A stretch of DNA of 64,000 bases, from assembly GCA_036523395.1 (NCBI GenBank), contig DATDEH010000122.1:28429-92428 (forward strand), in the 5' to 3' direction. Numbering within the stretch: the first letter of the stretch is position 1; every line of letters starts with the position of its first letter. The position numbers and the translations under genes are program-made. The stretch is from Candidatus Limnocylindria bacterium. GTDB lineage: Bacteria; Chloroflexota; Limnocylindria; P2-11E. This document shows positions 41,776 through 51,435 of the stretch, piece after piece. The notes below the pieces were generated by a model that searched no databases, was not told the DNA's origin, and saw nothing but the letters and a program-made list of their open reading frames with translations.

Positions 41776-43381
41776 GCCGGTCGCCATCACCGCGGACCGT
41801 CTGCGCGAGGCATGGCGTGAGGAGCGTGGTCAGAGCTTCGTCATCGTCGCGGTGATGCTCACGGTGCTGCTCGGGTTCATGGGCATCGTGATCGATATCG
41901 GCTGGTATGAGGTCAACCTCATCCGCGTGCAGCGCGCAGCGGACGCCGCCGCGCTTGCCGGCGTCGTCTACCTGCCGGGACAACCTGCGACCGCGACGAC
42001 CGCCGCCCGCAACGAGGCCACGAAGAACGGCTACACGCATCTCACAGGTGGCGTGGTCGTGACGGCCACGCAGGATCCGATCAACAACCGGATCATGCTC
42101 ACGACGGTCAGCGCCCCGGTGCAGACCTTCTTCGCGAGACTCTTCGGCATCACCTCGCTGACCGCGATGCGCAACGCGCGCGCCGAGTTCATCCTGCCGG
42201 TGCCAATGGGGAGCCCGCAGGATTACTACGGCATCTACCAGCTCTGCCAGAGCGGCGGGACGTGCGCCGCGGTGCATGCGGCGCCCGACAGCGGCAGCGG
42301 TCCCATCCTTTCTTCCCAGGGCTTCTGGGGCGCGGTCATCACCAAGGGCGGTCAGCGCTCGAACGGCGACGCGTACTCGCCGGCGTTCAACGGCGGCACG
42401 AGCCCCAACGCTAGCTACGACCCCAACGGATACAGCTACAGCGTCGAGTTCGGGCCGTCCACGGCGAACGGCGAGGTCTGGCTCTTCGATCCCACGTTCT
42501 GCGCGGTCGGTCACGGCACGAGCGGCTCGTATCTCGGCACCGGTGATCACTGGATCGGTAGCGGCGGCGTGCCCGTCACGACCGACTACCGGCTCTGGGA
42601 CACGAACGGCACTCCGTATGCGACCTCGGACGACACCCTGCTCGCGAGTCAGTCGTTCTCGTCCGAGAACCAGGTCGACAAGGGTTCGACTTACCGAGGC
42701 GACCAGAGGTACTCCGATGGGGGCTACAACGGCTCGGGCTCGAGCAACTGCCAGGGCGATCCGTATCACAACAACTGGTTCCGCCTGGGAACCGGTCTCG
42801 GCGCGGGTCTCTTTCGCTTGCAGGTCACCACCAGCAGCTCCAGCAACGACAGCACCAGCGCCGAGAACATGTTCGGTATCCAGGTAAAGTCGAACGGCCC
42901 GGTCGGAGGCCGGGTGTACGGGCAAAGCCGCATGGCCGCGTACGCGAACGTGAACGCAGGCGCGTCCCTCTTCTACCTCGCGCAGGTGGATGCCGTGCAC
43001 GCCGGAAAGACGCTCGAGATCCGACTCTTCGACCCGGGCGACGTCGGCGGTACCGCGACGCTTCGCATCAAGAAGCCAACGCCGACGGGGTACGTGAACG
43101 CCACCTTCAACTACACGGCGAACGGCGGCGCCGGCTCACAGAGCGGCACGAACGTGTCGTCGCTCCTCACCGCGAACAGCGGCGCGTCGCAGTACCAGAA
43201 CGCGTGGGTCACGATCACGATCCCGCTGCCCGCGAACTACGGCGTCGGTGGACTGACGCCGCCGGGGGAGACCGAACCAGGCTGGTGGAAGATCGAATAC
43301 ACGATCACAGCGGCCGGCAACGACACGACGACGTGGGAAGTGAATATCCGCGGCAACCCCGTGCATCTCGTCATCCCTTAG
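41762..43381 (+). CDS. TadG-like pilus-assembly protein (Tad N-terminal domain + large Gly/Ser/Thr-rich extracellular region)
   Basis: ERGQSFVIVAVMLTVLLGFMGIVIDIGWYEVNLIRVQRAADAAALAG resembles the Tad N-terminal domain of putative Flp-pilus proteins. Confidence 0.6.
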   Translation: MRRGKPVAITADRLREAWREERGQSFVIVAVMLTVLLGFMGIVIDIGWYEVNLIRVQRAADAAALAGVVYLPGQPATATTAARNEATKNGYTHLTGGVVVTATQDPINNRIMLTTVSAPVQTFFARLFGITSLTAMRNARAEFILPVPMGSPQDYYGIYQLCQSGGTCAAVHAAPDSGSGPILSSQGFWGAVITKGGQRSNGDAYSPAFNGGTSPNASYDPNGYSYSVEFGPSTANGEVWLFDPTFCAVGHGTSGSYLGTGDHWIGSGGVPVTTDYRLWDTNGTPYATSDDTLLASQSFSSENQVDKGSTYRGDQRYSDGGYNGSGSSNCQGDPYHNNWFRLGTGLGAGLFRLQVTTSSSSNDSTSAENMFGIQVKSNGPVGGRVYGQSRMAAYANVNAGASLFYLAQVDAVHAGKTLEIRLFDPGDVGGTATLRIKKPTPTGYVNATFNYTANGGAGSQSGTNVSSLLTANSGASQYQNAWVTITIPLPANYGVGGLTPPGETEPGWWKIEYTITAAGNDTTTWEVNIRGNPVHLVIP

Positions 43382-43489
43382 CGCCGCAGAGTCAACTCGA
43401 GCGCGACGACTTTCGGTATCGCCTCGTCGCTTGGCTGGATGACGGCTCGCCAGCCGCCTGGGCCAACAGCACTTGTCCGACTTTTGTTC

Positions 43490-43583
43490 TTGACAGCCCT
43501 GCGATGCCGAGTAGTGTTCGCAGCCTGCGCTGGTTACCAGATGTTGTATCTGCCGGGGCGGCGGGGGCGACATCTAGTACGCA
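43490..43583 (+). promoter_or_regulatory. putative nrdJ promoter (TTGACA-16-TAGTGT) followed by two palindrome-like boxes 31 nt apart (NrdR-box-like arrangement)
   Basis: TTGACA 43490-95, TAGTGT 43512-17. cAGATgttgtATCTg at 43538-52 and ACATCTAGTAC at 43570-80. Confidence 0.35.
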
Positions 43584-43742
43584 AGGGCACTGAGGATGAA
43601 GGAGAGGGTCAGGATGAGCTTCCGTCTGCGCACCTTTACAGCGTCCAAGGCGATCGGGGACCCACTCCTTCTTCTACGTGGCGCCAAGCGTGGCGCCAAA
43701 CGAGCCGTCTCGGTCGCCGCAGCTCACTAGGGGAGTCCAGAC

Positions 43743-46574
43743 ATGGCAATCGCAGAGATACCGCAACAGACCGTCCCCGGCGTGGCGTCGGTCGCTCCCG
43801 CACCCAAGAAGGGCGTGCGCCTCGAGCGCTATTTCACGCAGGAAGGCGTCCACCCCTATGACGAGGTCGAGTGGGAGCTGCGCGACGCTGTCATCCCCGG
43901 CGAGGGCGGGAACGTCTTCGAGCAGCGGGGCGTCGAAGTGCCGAAGTTCTGGTCCGCGACGGCCACGAACGTCGTCGCCTCGAAGTATTTCCGCGGCAAG
44001 CTGACCTCGCCGGAGCGCGAGTGGAGCGTGAAGCAGATGGTCGACCGCGTCGTCGACCGCATCACCCGGTGGGGGACCGAGGGCGGCTATTTCCTGAGTG
44101 AGGCCGACGCCCAGGTCTTCAACCACGAGCTGAAGTACCTCATGGTCCACCAGCACGCGTCGTTCAACTCGCCGGTGTGGTTCAACATCGGCGTCGAGGG
44201 CGTGCCCCAGCAGGCTTCGGCCTGCTTCATCCTGTCGGTCGACGACGACATGCACTCGATCCTCGACTGGTTCAAGAACGAGGGTGTGATCTTCAAGGGC
44301 GGCTCGGGTTCCGGGATCAACGTGTCCCGCATCCGCTCGAGCAAAGAGCAGCTCTCCGGCGGCGGCTACGCCTCCGGACCCGTGTCGTTCATGCGCGGCG
44401 CCGACTCGGTCGCGGGGTCAATCAAGTCCGGTGGCACGACGCGGCGGGCGGCGAAGATGGTCGTGCTCGACAGCGACCACCCCGACATCCACGACTTCAT
44501 CTGGTGCAAGGCGAAGGAAGAGAAGAAGGCCTGGGCCCTGGGCGAGATGGGCTACGACATGAGCCTCAACGGCGAGGCGTGGCAGTCCATCCAGTTCCAG
44601 AACGCCAACAACTCCGTGCGCGCGACCGATGACTTCATGGAGAGCGCCGTTGCCGGCGAGGCGTGGAACCTCACGGCCCGCACGGACGGGCAGGTGCTCG
44701 AGACCGTGCCCGGCCGCGACCTGCTCCGCGAGATCGCGGAAGCCACATGGCAATGCGGCGATCCCGGGATGCAGTTCGACACCACCATCAACGATTGGCA
44801 CACGACGCCGGTGTCGGGTCGCATCAACGGCTCGAACCCATGCAGCGAGTACATGAGCATCGACGACTCGGCCTGCAACCTCGCCTCACTGAACCTCATG
44901 CGCTTCCTGCACGCCGACGGCGAGTTCGATGTGGCGCGCTTCGCGCGCGCCGTCGATGTCGTCTTCACCGCGCAGGAGATCCTCGTCGGCTTCTCCGACT
45001 ACCCGACGCCTGCGATCACCGTGAACGCGAAGAGCCACCGCCAGCTCGGCATCGGCTACGCGAACCTCGGCGCGCTGCTCATGCAGCGTGGTCTTGCGTA
45101 CGACTCGAACGAGGGTCGCGCATATGCGGCGTCGATCACTGCGCTCATGACCGGCGAGGCCTACGCGCAGTCGGCGCGGATGGCCGGCGCGGTCGGACCG
45201 TACGAGGCATACCCGAAGAACAAGAGCGGTCACGACCGCGTCATGGACAAGCACCGGGCCGCGGCGTACCGGATCATCGCCGACCTCGTACCGCCGACGT
45301 TGCTGTCGGCGGCGCGTCAGTCATGGGATGACGCGGTGAGCCTTGGCAAGATCCACGGGTATCGCAACGCACAGGCCTCGGTGCTGGCACCGACCGGCAC
45401 GATCAGTTTCATGATGGACTGCGATACGACCGGTGTTGAGCCGGACATCGCCCTCGTGAAGTACAAGCGCCTGGTCGGCGGCGGGATGCTGAAGCTCGTC
45501 AACGGCACCGTTCCCGCCGCGCTGCGACGCCTCGGCTACACCGAGACCGCCGGCTCCGCGATCACCACGTACATCGAACAGCAGGGCACGATCGAAGGAG
45601 CGCCGGGTCTTCGTGACGAGCACCTCGCGGTGTTCGACTGCGCATTCAAGCCACAGAACGGCGAGCGATCGATCAGCCACATGGGTCACATCAAGATGAT
45701 GGGCGCGGTCCAGCCCTTCATCTCCGGCGCGATCAGCAAGACGGTGAACCTCCCCGAGACAGCGAGCGTCGAGGACGTCGCCGAGGCGTACCTCGAGGCC
45801 TGGAAGCACGGCGTGAAGGCGATCGCGATCTATCGCGACGGCAGCAAGAAGGTCCAGCCGCTCTCTGTGAATGCCGACGCGAGCAACACCAAGACCGCCG
45901 CGGCCCCGGCGGTGGTGACGATCGAGAAGATCGTCGAGGTCAACCGGCCGCAGCGGCGCCGGCTCGCCGACACGCGCGACTCGGTCACACACAAGTTCTC
46001 CATCGAGGGCCATGAGGGCTACATCACCGTCGGCAAGTTCGAGGACGGCACGCCCGGCGAGCTGTTCGTGACGATGGCGAAAGAGGGCTCGACGCTCTCC
46101 GGGATGATGGACGCCTTCGCGACGAGCGTGTCGCTGCTCTTCCAGTACGGCGTTCCGCTCTCGCACCTCGTCGAGAAGTTCGGCTACATGCGCTTCGAAC
46201 CGTCAGGCTGGACGGGGAACCCCGAGATCGGGATGGCCAAGTCGATCGTGGACTACGTGTTCCGCTGGCTCGGTCACCGCTTCCTCTCGGCCGACGAGAA
46301 GAGCTACATGGGCCTGACACGCACGACGGAGATCGTGGCCGACCCAGCGGCGGAACAGCAGCGTCTCGAGCACGCCGTCTCGATCACGCCGCCGCCGATC
46401 ACCGAGAACTTCACTATCGCGAGTCCGTCCCCCGTGCACGCGTCACCCGTCCAGGGGATGCGACTCAACTCGACACCCGATGCGCCGCCGTGCCTTCGCT
46501 GTGGCTGGCTCACCGTGCGCAACGGCACCTGCCACAAATGCGAGAACTGCGGGGAAACGACCGGGTGCTCATAA
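43743..46574 (+). CDS. nrdJ: class II (adenosylcobalamin-dependent) ribonucleotide reductase
   Basis: 943 aa. RNR active-site and effector regions (…NPCSEY…, …SNLASLNL…). A C-terminal Cys-rich zinc-ribbon tail is typical of monomeric NrdJ. AGGGGAG SD. Confidence 0.85.
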   Translation: MAIAEIPQQTVPGVASVAPAPKKGVRLERYFTQEGVHPYDEVEWELRDAVIPGEGGNVFEQRGVEVPKFWSATATNVVASKYFRGKLTSPEREWSVKQMVDRVVDRITRWGTEGGYFLSEADAQVFNHELKYLMVHQHASFNSPVWFNIGVEGVPQQASACFILSVDDDMHSILDWFKNEGVIFKGGSGSGINVSRIRSSKEQLSGGGYASGPVSFMRGADSVAGSIKSGGTTRRAAKMVVLDSDHPDIHDFIWCKAKEEKKAWALGEMGYDMSLNGEAWQSIQFQNANNSVRATDDFMESAVAGEAWNLTARTDGQVLETVPGRDLLREIAEATWQCGDPGMQFDTTINDWHTTPVSGRINGSNPCSEYMSIDDSACNLASLNLMRFLHADGEFDVARFARAVDVVFTAQEILVGFSDYPTPAITVNAKSHRQLGIGYANLGALLMQRGLAYDSNEGRAYAASITALMTGEAYAQSARMAGAVGPYEAYPKNKSGHDRVMDKHRAAAYRIIADLVPPTLLSAARQSWDDAVSLGKIHGYRNAQASVLAPTGTISFMMDCDTTGVEPDIALVKYKRLVGGGMLKLVNGTVPAALRRLGYTETAGSAITTYIEQQGTIEGAPGLRDEHLAVFDCAFKPQNGERSISHMGHIKMMGAVQPFISGAISKTVNLPETASVEDVAEAYLEAWKHGVKAIAIYRDGSKKVQPLSVNADASNTKTAAAPAVVTIEKIVEVNRPQRRRLADTRDSVTHKFSIEGHEGYITVGKFEDGTPGELFVTMAKEGSTLSGMMDAFATSVSLLFQYGVPLSHLVEKFGYMRFEPSGWTGNPEIGMAKSIVDYVFRWLGHRFLSADEKSYMGLTRTTEIVADPAAEQQRLEHAVSITPPPITENFTIASPSPVHASPVQGMRLNSTPDAPPCLRCGWLTVRNGTCHKCENCGETTGCS

Positions 46575-46624
46575 CTCCCTAGACAGGCTCTGGCCGGCCC
46601 GCCCGCTGGCCAGTCCGCCTCGAT

Positions 46625-46668
46625 GGCCCGGCACTCCCTGCTCCCCTGGGGTGCCGGGCCTTCTTTTT
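46625..46668 (+). terminator. rho-independent terminator of nrdJ
   Basis: GGCCCGGCAC-16nt-GTGCCGGGCC followed by TTCTTTTT. Confidence 0.7.
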
Positions 46669-46819
46669 GCGTATTTGTCACGCAACTGTCATCTGGACCA
46701 CAAATTGCGTACGAGTTCTTGGTTACAAATCTGACGCGGATTGAAAGGAACGATGGGACGCTTTCGTTCGTCTCAGATGCAGTGCTCAGAATGATTGGCG
46801 CGGTGCAGGTGGGCACCCG

Positions 46820-48655
46820 ATGGGGAGGCCGTTCCGCATGGCAGTAGCGACCCGGGAAGGCGAGCGCGGCGAACGACGCAGCCGGGGTCTCTCCCTGAAG
46901 TTCGTTGTCTTCCCTCTTACCGTCATCGCCGCCGCGGTGGCGATCATGTTCGCGGCGCCGCTCATCTACGCCGAACGCGCGCTGCCCGGTGTGGCGATCG
47001 CGGGCGTACAGGTCGGCTCGCTCGATAGCGCAGCGATCGAGGAGCGCCTCGACCGCGAGCTCACGCAGCCGTGGTCCGCGCGAGCCGTCGTTGCTGTGTA
47101 TGACGGGCAGACCTGGCGTACGACGAACGGTGACCTCGCCGTCTCGCCCGACGTCGACACTGCCGTCGCGGCTGCCCTCGCGTATGGCAAGGACGGGACG
47201 CCGCTCGAGCGCGCCAGCGCCTGGATCGACGCCATCCGTGGACAGGCCCAGATACCGCTCACGCTGCGCGCCCAGGGAAGCGCTCTCGACGGCTGGGTCG
47301 CGAGCCTGGGGACCGCGATCGACCGGCGCGCTGTCTCCGGAGAGATCGCGCTATCGGCGAAGGGCCTGACCCTGACCGAGCCGGTCCTCGGCCGCGAGCT
47401 CGACCGTGTCTCGGCCACCGCGTCGGTGCTGGCCGCGCCAACGCTCGACGACCGCGAGATCGACCTGCACGTTCGCGCGATCTACCCGGCGGTGGACGAG
47501 TCCGGCTATCGCGACGCGGTTACCCGCGCGACCGCGGTCATCACGCCTCTCGAGGTGACGGTCGAGGATCGACGCATCGCCGAGGACACCGTCGCTCTCA
47601 CGACGCTGCTCTCGATCGACCGCGTCGCCGCGCGACCCAACGAGCTGCCCGCGCTCCCCGTCGACGCGATCGCTCCCGCGACGCGCTACCGCTACGTCGT
47701 GTCCCTGAAGCAGGATCGGCTGACGGATTGGGTGACCGCCGTCGCGGCGAAGCTCGATCGCCCAGCGGTCAGCGCGAAGTTCGCCGTGAACCCCGACGGC
47801 ATCCCGTCGATCGTCGCCGGCGCGACCGGGATCCGCGTCGCGCAGGACAAGCTCATCGCGCAGCTCAGTACCGACCTGCTGCGGCCGGCCGTCGGGCCGC
47901 GCAACGTCGCGGCGCCCGCGGCGGTCGAGACGCCGCCGTTCTCGACGGAGCAGGCGAATGCGTGGCTGCCGAAGATCTCGCGCACATCGGAGTTCACGAC
48001 CTACTACCCGCCGAGCGCGGCCCGCCACGCGAACATCTCGACCGGATCGTCGCAGTTCGACGGCGTGGTCGTCCTGCCGGGCCAGACCTTCTCGTTCTGG
48101 GAGCTGCTCGGCCCGGTCACCGTTGAGCGCGGCTACGCGTTCGCCGGCGCGATCATCAACAACCGCTCCGACGAGAACGTCATCGGTGGCGGCCTCTGCC
48201 AGGTCTCGACGACGATGTTCAACGCCGTCTCGAGGCTGGGCTACGAGATCGTCGAGCGGCACGCCCACGGTTATTACATCGATCGGTATCCGATCGGCCT
48301 CGACGCGGCGGTGTTCGAGCCGGGCGTCGACTTCAAGTGGAAGAACGACACCGACGCGCCGGTCTTCCTGTGGTCGTGGAACGACGCGACGAGCCTCACG
48401 TTCGACGTGTGGAGCGTGCCGACGGGTCGAACGGTGACCTTCAGCGCCGCGGCGCAGAGTCGATTCGTCGATGTTCCCGCGGACCAACCCGCTGATCCCG
48501 CATTCATCCCGGGCTCGAAGGTCATGGGCCGCGACGTCCTTCGCACGCGCACGGTGATCGCGGACGGCAAGGTCCTGCATCAGGACACGTTCTTCAGTCG
48601 CTACGTACCGGTGTGGGGTGGACCCGCGCTCGCGCCAGCAACGCCCGCACCCTAA
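46820..48655 (+). CDS. VanW-family protein with N-terminal TM anchor
   Basis: VanW domain block (GQTFSFWELLGPVTVERGYAFAGAII…GGGLCQVSTTMFNA) and an N-terminal hydrophobic helix. Confidence 0.7.
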   Translation: MGRPFRMAVATREGERGERRSRGLSLKFVVFPLTVIAAAVAIMFAAPLIYAERALPGVAIAGVQVGSLDSAAIEERLDRELTQPWSARAVVAVYDGQTWRTTNGDLAVSPDVDTAVAAALAYGKDGTPLERASAWIDAIRGQAQIPLTLRAQGSALDGWVASLGTAIDRRAVSGEIALSAKGLTLTEPVLGRELDRVSATASVLAAPTLDDREIDLHVRAIYPAVDESGYRDAVTRATAVITPLEVTVEDRRIAEDTVALTTLLSIDRVAARPNELPALPVDAIAPATRYRYVVSLKQDRLTDWVTAVAAKLDRPAVSAKFAVNPDGIPSIVAGATGIRVAQDKLIAQLSTDLLRPAVGPRNVAAPAAVETPPFSTEQANAWLPKISRTSEFTTYYPPSAARHANISTGSSQFDGVVVLPGQTFSFWELLGPVTVERGYAFAGAIINNRSDENVIGGGLCQVSTTMFNAVSRLGYEIVERHAHGYYIDRYPIGLDAAVFEPGVDFKWKNDTDAPVFLWSWNDATSLTFDVWSVPTGRTVTFSAAAQSRFVDVPADQPADPAFIPGSKVMGRDVLRTRTVIADGKVLHQDTFFSRYVPVWGGPALAPATPAP

Positions 48656-48765
48656 TCCGGACGCGCATCTCTTAGCCGGTATCACTTGGACCGCGGTGCC
48701 CTAGACGTCACCCGCGCGGGTGAGCACCCGAGATAACGGGCTGTCAGGCAAGCCGTTAGACGACC

Positions 48766-49743
48766 ATGGTGAGAGCAGGCGGCCCGGAGACGTTGGATCG
48801 CCTCATCGAGAGCGTCGCACGTGGGGAGCGCGGACTGGCATCGATCCGTGACGCGAAACTTCGGGAGGCCGTGCGCGTTGCGCTTCGTATGCACAAGTAC
48901 GCCCCGAACGGTCTCGATGCGCTTGCGCGTGAGCGCATGCGGGACCGCGTGCTGGGTTCGGTGCGACCGCGCCGACCGACGCTCGCCGATCGCGCTGCCA
49001 TCGCGTTCGTGATGCTCGCGAAACCCGCTCCATATGCGGTGCGCGCCATCGCCGTCGGCGCGATCTGCGTCGCGACTGTCGCGGGCGCGACCGTCGCGGG
49101 TGCGGACACGCTTCCGAACGACGCGCTCTACTCGCTGAAGCTTGCGGGTGAAGATCTGCGTCTCACACTCGCCGTGAGTGCGGGCGATCGCGCCGCGGTA
49201 CAGCTTTCCATCGCGGAACACCGCCTCGCAGAAGCCGAGGCGCTCGCGGCGAGCGGCAGGGACGAGGATGCGCTCGTCGCATCGAGTGCGTACTCACAGC
49301 AGATCGCGCAGTCCGCCGCCGAGCTCGCCGAGCTCGAGGAGCTGCAACCTGAAGTGGTAGCGCTCGTGGCCCAGCTTGACGACCGTTTCAACGAGCAGCG
49401 CTCCCGCGTACAGCTGCTCGCGACCAAGCTGTCCGCGGACCCGAGCACCCAGCGGGCGTCCGAGATCATGGCCGTCGTGGCCGCCCCCACGCTGGCGCCG
49501 GGCCTCGTGGGGGTGCAGCGGATCGCCGAGACAGCCGCTGGCGTGGCGGAGGACCTGGCGTCCCAGACGGCCCTTCCAGCCGCTCCGCGGGCAAGCCCGC
49601 TGCCCAGGGCGTCGCGAGCGGCGGAAGTCGTGCGCCGCAACGCCGACGCCGCGCGCGCCGCGGCTGACCGCGCCAAGGCGAAGGGCGGTAAGAACAAGAA
49701 CGCCGGCGACAGGCGCTACGACGACTACGGGGAGCGCGACTAG
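48766..49743 (+). CDS. hypothetical membrane-anchored Ala-rich protein with Lys-rich C-terminus
   Basis: A central TM helix (AIAVGAICVATVAGATVAGA), a helical Ala-rich periplasmic part, and a KAKGGKNKNAGDRRYDDYGERD tail. It has the architecture of the DUF5667-like proteins that accompany ECF systems. Confidence 0.35.
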   Translation: MVRAGGPETLDRLIESVARGERGLASIRDAKLREAVRVALRMHKYAPNGLDALARERMRDRVLGSVRPRRPTLADRAAIAFVMLAKPAPYAVRAIAVGAICVATVAGATVAGADTLPNDALYSLKLAGEDLRLTLAVSAGDRAAVQLSIAEHRLAEAEALAASGRDEDALVASSAYSQQIAQSAAELAELEELQPEVVALVAQLDDRFNEQRSRVQLLATKLSADPSTQRASEIMAVVAAPTLAPGLVGVQRIAETAAGVAEDLASQTALPAAPRASPLPRASRAAEVVRRNADAARAAADRAKAKGGKNKNAGDRRYDDYGERD

Positions 49744-49946
49744 AGCTCGGCCAGGAGCGGTGAGGCGTCCGGTCAGCGGCCGCACACCTCTCGCTCGCAG
49801 CTGGCTACGCCGGCCCGCTGTTCACCTGGCGCGCGCCGGTCGGGCCGGCTGGGCGCAGATGCTCGCTCGAGGAGTGCGTCCGCCGTCCGGACGCCTGGGC
49901 TGCTGTCAGCTCGCGCGCCGTCGCTCGCTCCTGCCGCCGCTCTTGT

Positions 49947-51128
49947 TCATTCTTGATTCAGGGAACGGCGGAGCAGGTCGAGCGCGCTGAGCAGCGCGCG
50001 GCGGCGTCCTTCTACGGACGAGCCGAATCGGATCGTCGCCGTGCGCGGGCGGTCGGGTGTCCAGATCTTGAGCTCCGCGCTTTGCTCGCCGTACGGGACG
50101 ACCAGACGCACCTCAGGTGGGGGACTGAGTTCATCGAGCAGGTGCGTGAGCTCTTCCGCATCGGCCATCGGCCGGACGACTCCGCTCGCATACCAGGACG
50201 CAGACCCGGGCGCGTCAGCGAGGATGCGCGCGACATCACCACCTGAGAGCGACTCGGCTGTCGCGAGCCGCCAGCCACGCGCCTCCAGGCCGCGACCGAT
50301 GACCGAGCCGAGCGTGTCATCGTCGGTGCCCCACACGTATTGACCGAGTCGTTCGCGGACGATGGCCTCCATACGCGCGATGCGCACGTCCATCCTCGCG
50401 GCGTCAGAGTCCTTGTCGGTGATGCGCACGTGCACGCCGTCGTTCTTCGCTTTCGTCACGACCGTCGGCGCGGTCGACCGCACGAGTTCTGCGAGTGCCT
50501 CCTCCGCCATCGATTCGCCGACGCCGAGCATCTTCAGCGTGCGCGAGCGGAGCACGGCGCCGGCGACGAGCGTCGGCTCGACGTGGTGTTCCCACATATA
50601 GGTCATCTCGCGCGGCACGCCCGGCATCGCGACGATCCGCTTTCCGCCCCTCCGCACATCCCAACCCGGTGCGGTGCCGTTCGGGTTCGGAAGCGCAAGC
50701 GCCGATGGGATGAGCCACGCCTGCTTGCGATTCCTCTCCGGCATGGGACTACCTCGCGCGGCGAACCACTCGCGCAGCTCTCGCTCAAGGGTGGGATCGA
50801 TGACCGGCTCCTCGCCCAGAACGGCGGCGATCGTCTCACGCGTCAGGTCGTCCTCGGTCGGCCCCAGACCACCGGTCGTTATGACGAGGTCCGAACGACC
50901 GAGCGCACGGTCCAGAGTCTCGCGGCACCGTGCCGGGTTGTCCCCGACGGTCGAGATGTAGAGGCAGTCGATGCCGAGATCCGCCAGGCGCGCGGCGAGG
51001 TACTGCGCGTTCGTGTCGACGATCTGGCCGAGGAGCAGCTCGGTCCCGATGGAGAGGATCTCGGCGCGCACTGGCTGACCTCCTCGCTGCCTGGCTGGCA
51101 CGCCACTTGCACTCGCCACCATCGACAA
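49947..51128 (-). CDS. cinA: CinA (competence/damage-inducible protein; MoCF-like + CinA C-terminal domains)
   Basis: VRAEILSIGTELLLGQIVDTNAQYLA…TTGGLGPTEDDLT in the N-terminal domain and a CinA_C block …RLATAESLSGGDV…. Confidence 0.8.
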   Translation of the reverse strand: MSMVASASGVPARQRGGQPVRAEILSIGTELLLGQIVDTNAQYLAARLADLGIDCLYISTVGDNPARCRETLDRALGRSDLVITTGGLGPTEDDLTRETIAAVLGEEPVIDPTLERELREWFAARGSPMPERNRKQAWLIPSALALPNPNGTAPGWDVRRGGKRIVAMPGVPREMTYMWEHHVEPTLVAGAVLRSRTLKMLGVGESMAEEALAELVRSTAPTVVTKAKNDGVHVRITDKDSDAARMDVRIARMEAIVRERLGQYVWGTDDDTLGSVIGRGLEARGWRLATAESLSGGDVARILADAPGSASWYASGVVRPMADAEELTHLLDELSPPPEVRLVVPYGEQSAELKIWTPDRPRTATIRFGSSVEGRRRALLSALDLLRRSLNQE

Positions 51129-51164
51129 AAAGAAATCCCAACCCTTCCCTTCCTCACCACGAGA

Positions 51165-51187
51165 CCCCGCCGAAAGGCGGGGTTTTG
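51165..51187 (+). terminator. terminator-like hairpin (CCCCGCC-gaaa-GGCGGGG + TTTTG) in a divergent intergenic region
   Basis: Direct reading. It is oriented for a plus-strand transcript although no plus-strand gene ends there. Confidence 0.4.
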
Positions 51188-51253
51188 TGGCTCTAGGGGG
51201 TCGGGAGGCCTAGGGTACGATGCCCGGGTCCGAGACCGGCGTGGAGGTGAGTC

Positions 51254-51397
51254 GTGGCGAACGGCTATTGCGTCAAGTGCAAGGCCTCGCGCGAGATCAA
51301 GGACGCGAAGGCGATCACCATGAAGAACGGGAGGCCCGCCACCCAGGGGTCCTGCCCGGTCTGCGGCACCAAGATCTTCAAGATCGGCGCGGCGTAG
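51254..51397 (+). CDS. small (47 aa) zinc-ribbon protein
   Basis: GTG 51254 lies 3 nt after GGAGGTGA. CxxC…CxxC (YCVKCK…CPVCG). Confidence 0.45.
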   Translation: MANGYCVKCKASREIKDAKAITMKNGRPATQGSCPVCGTKIFKIGAA

Positions 51398-51435
51398 TTC
51401 CTGCTGCCGACCTAGGGGTCGGAGGTGCAAGCGCA

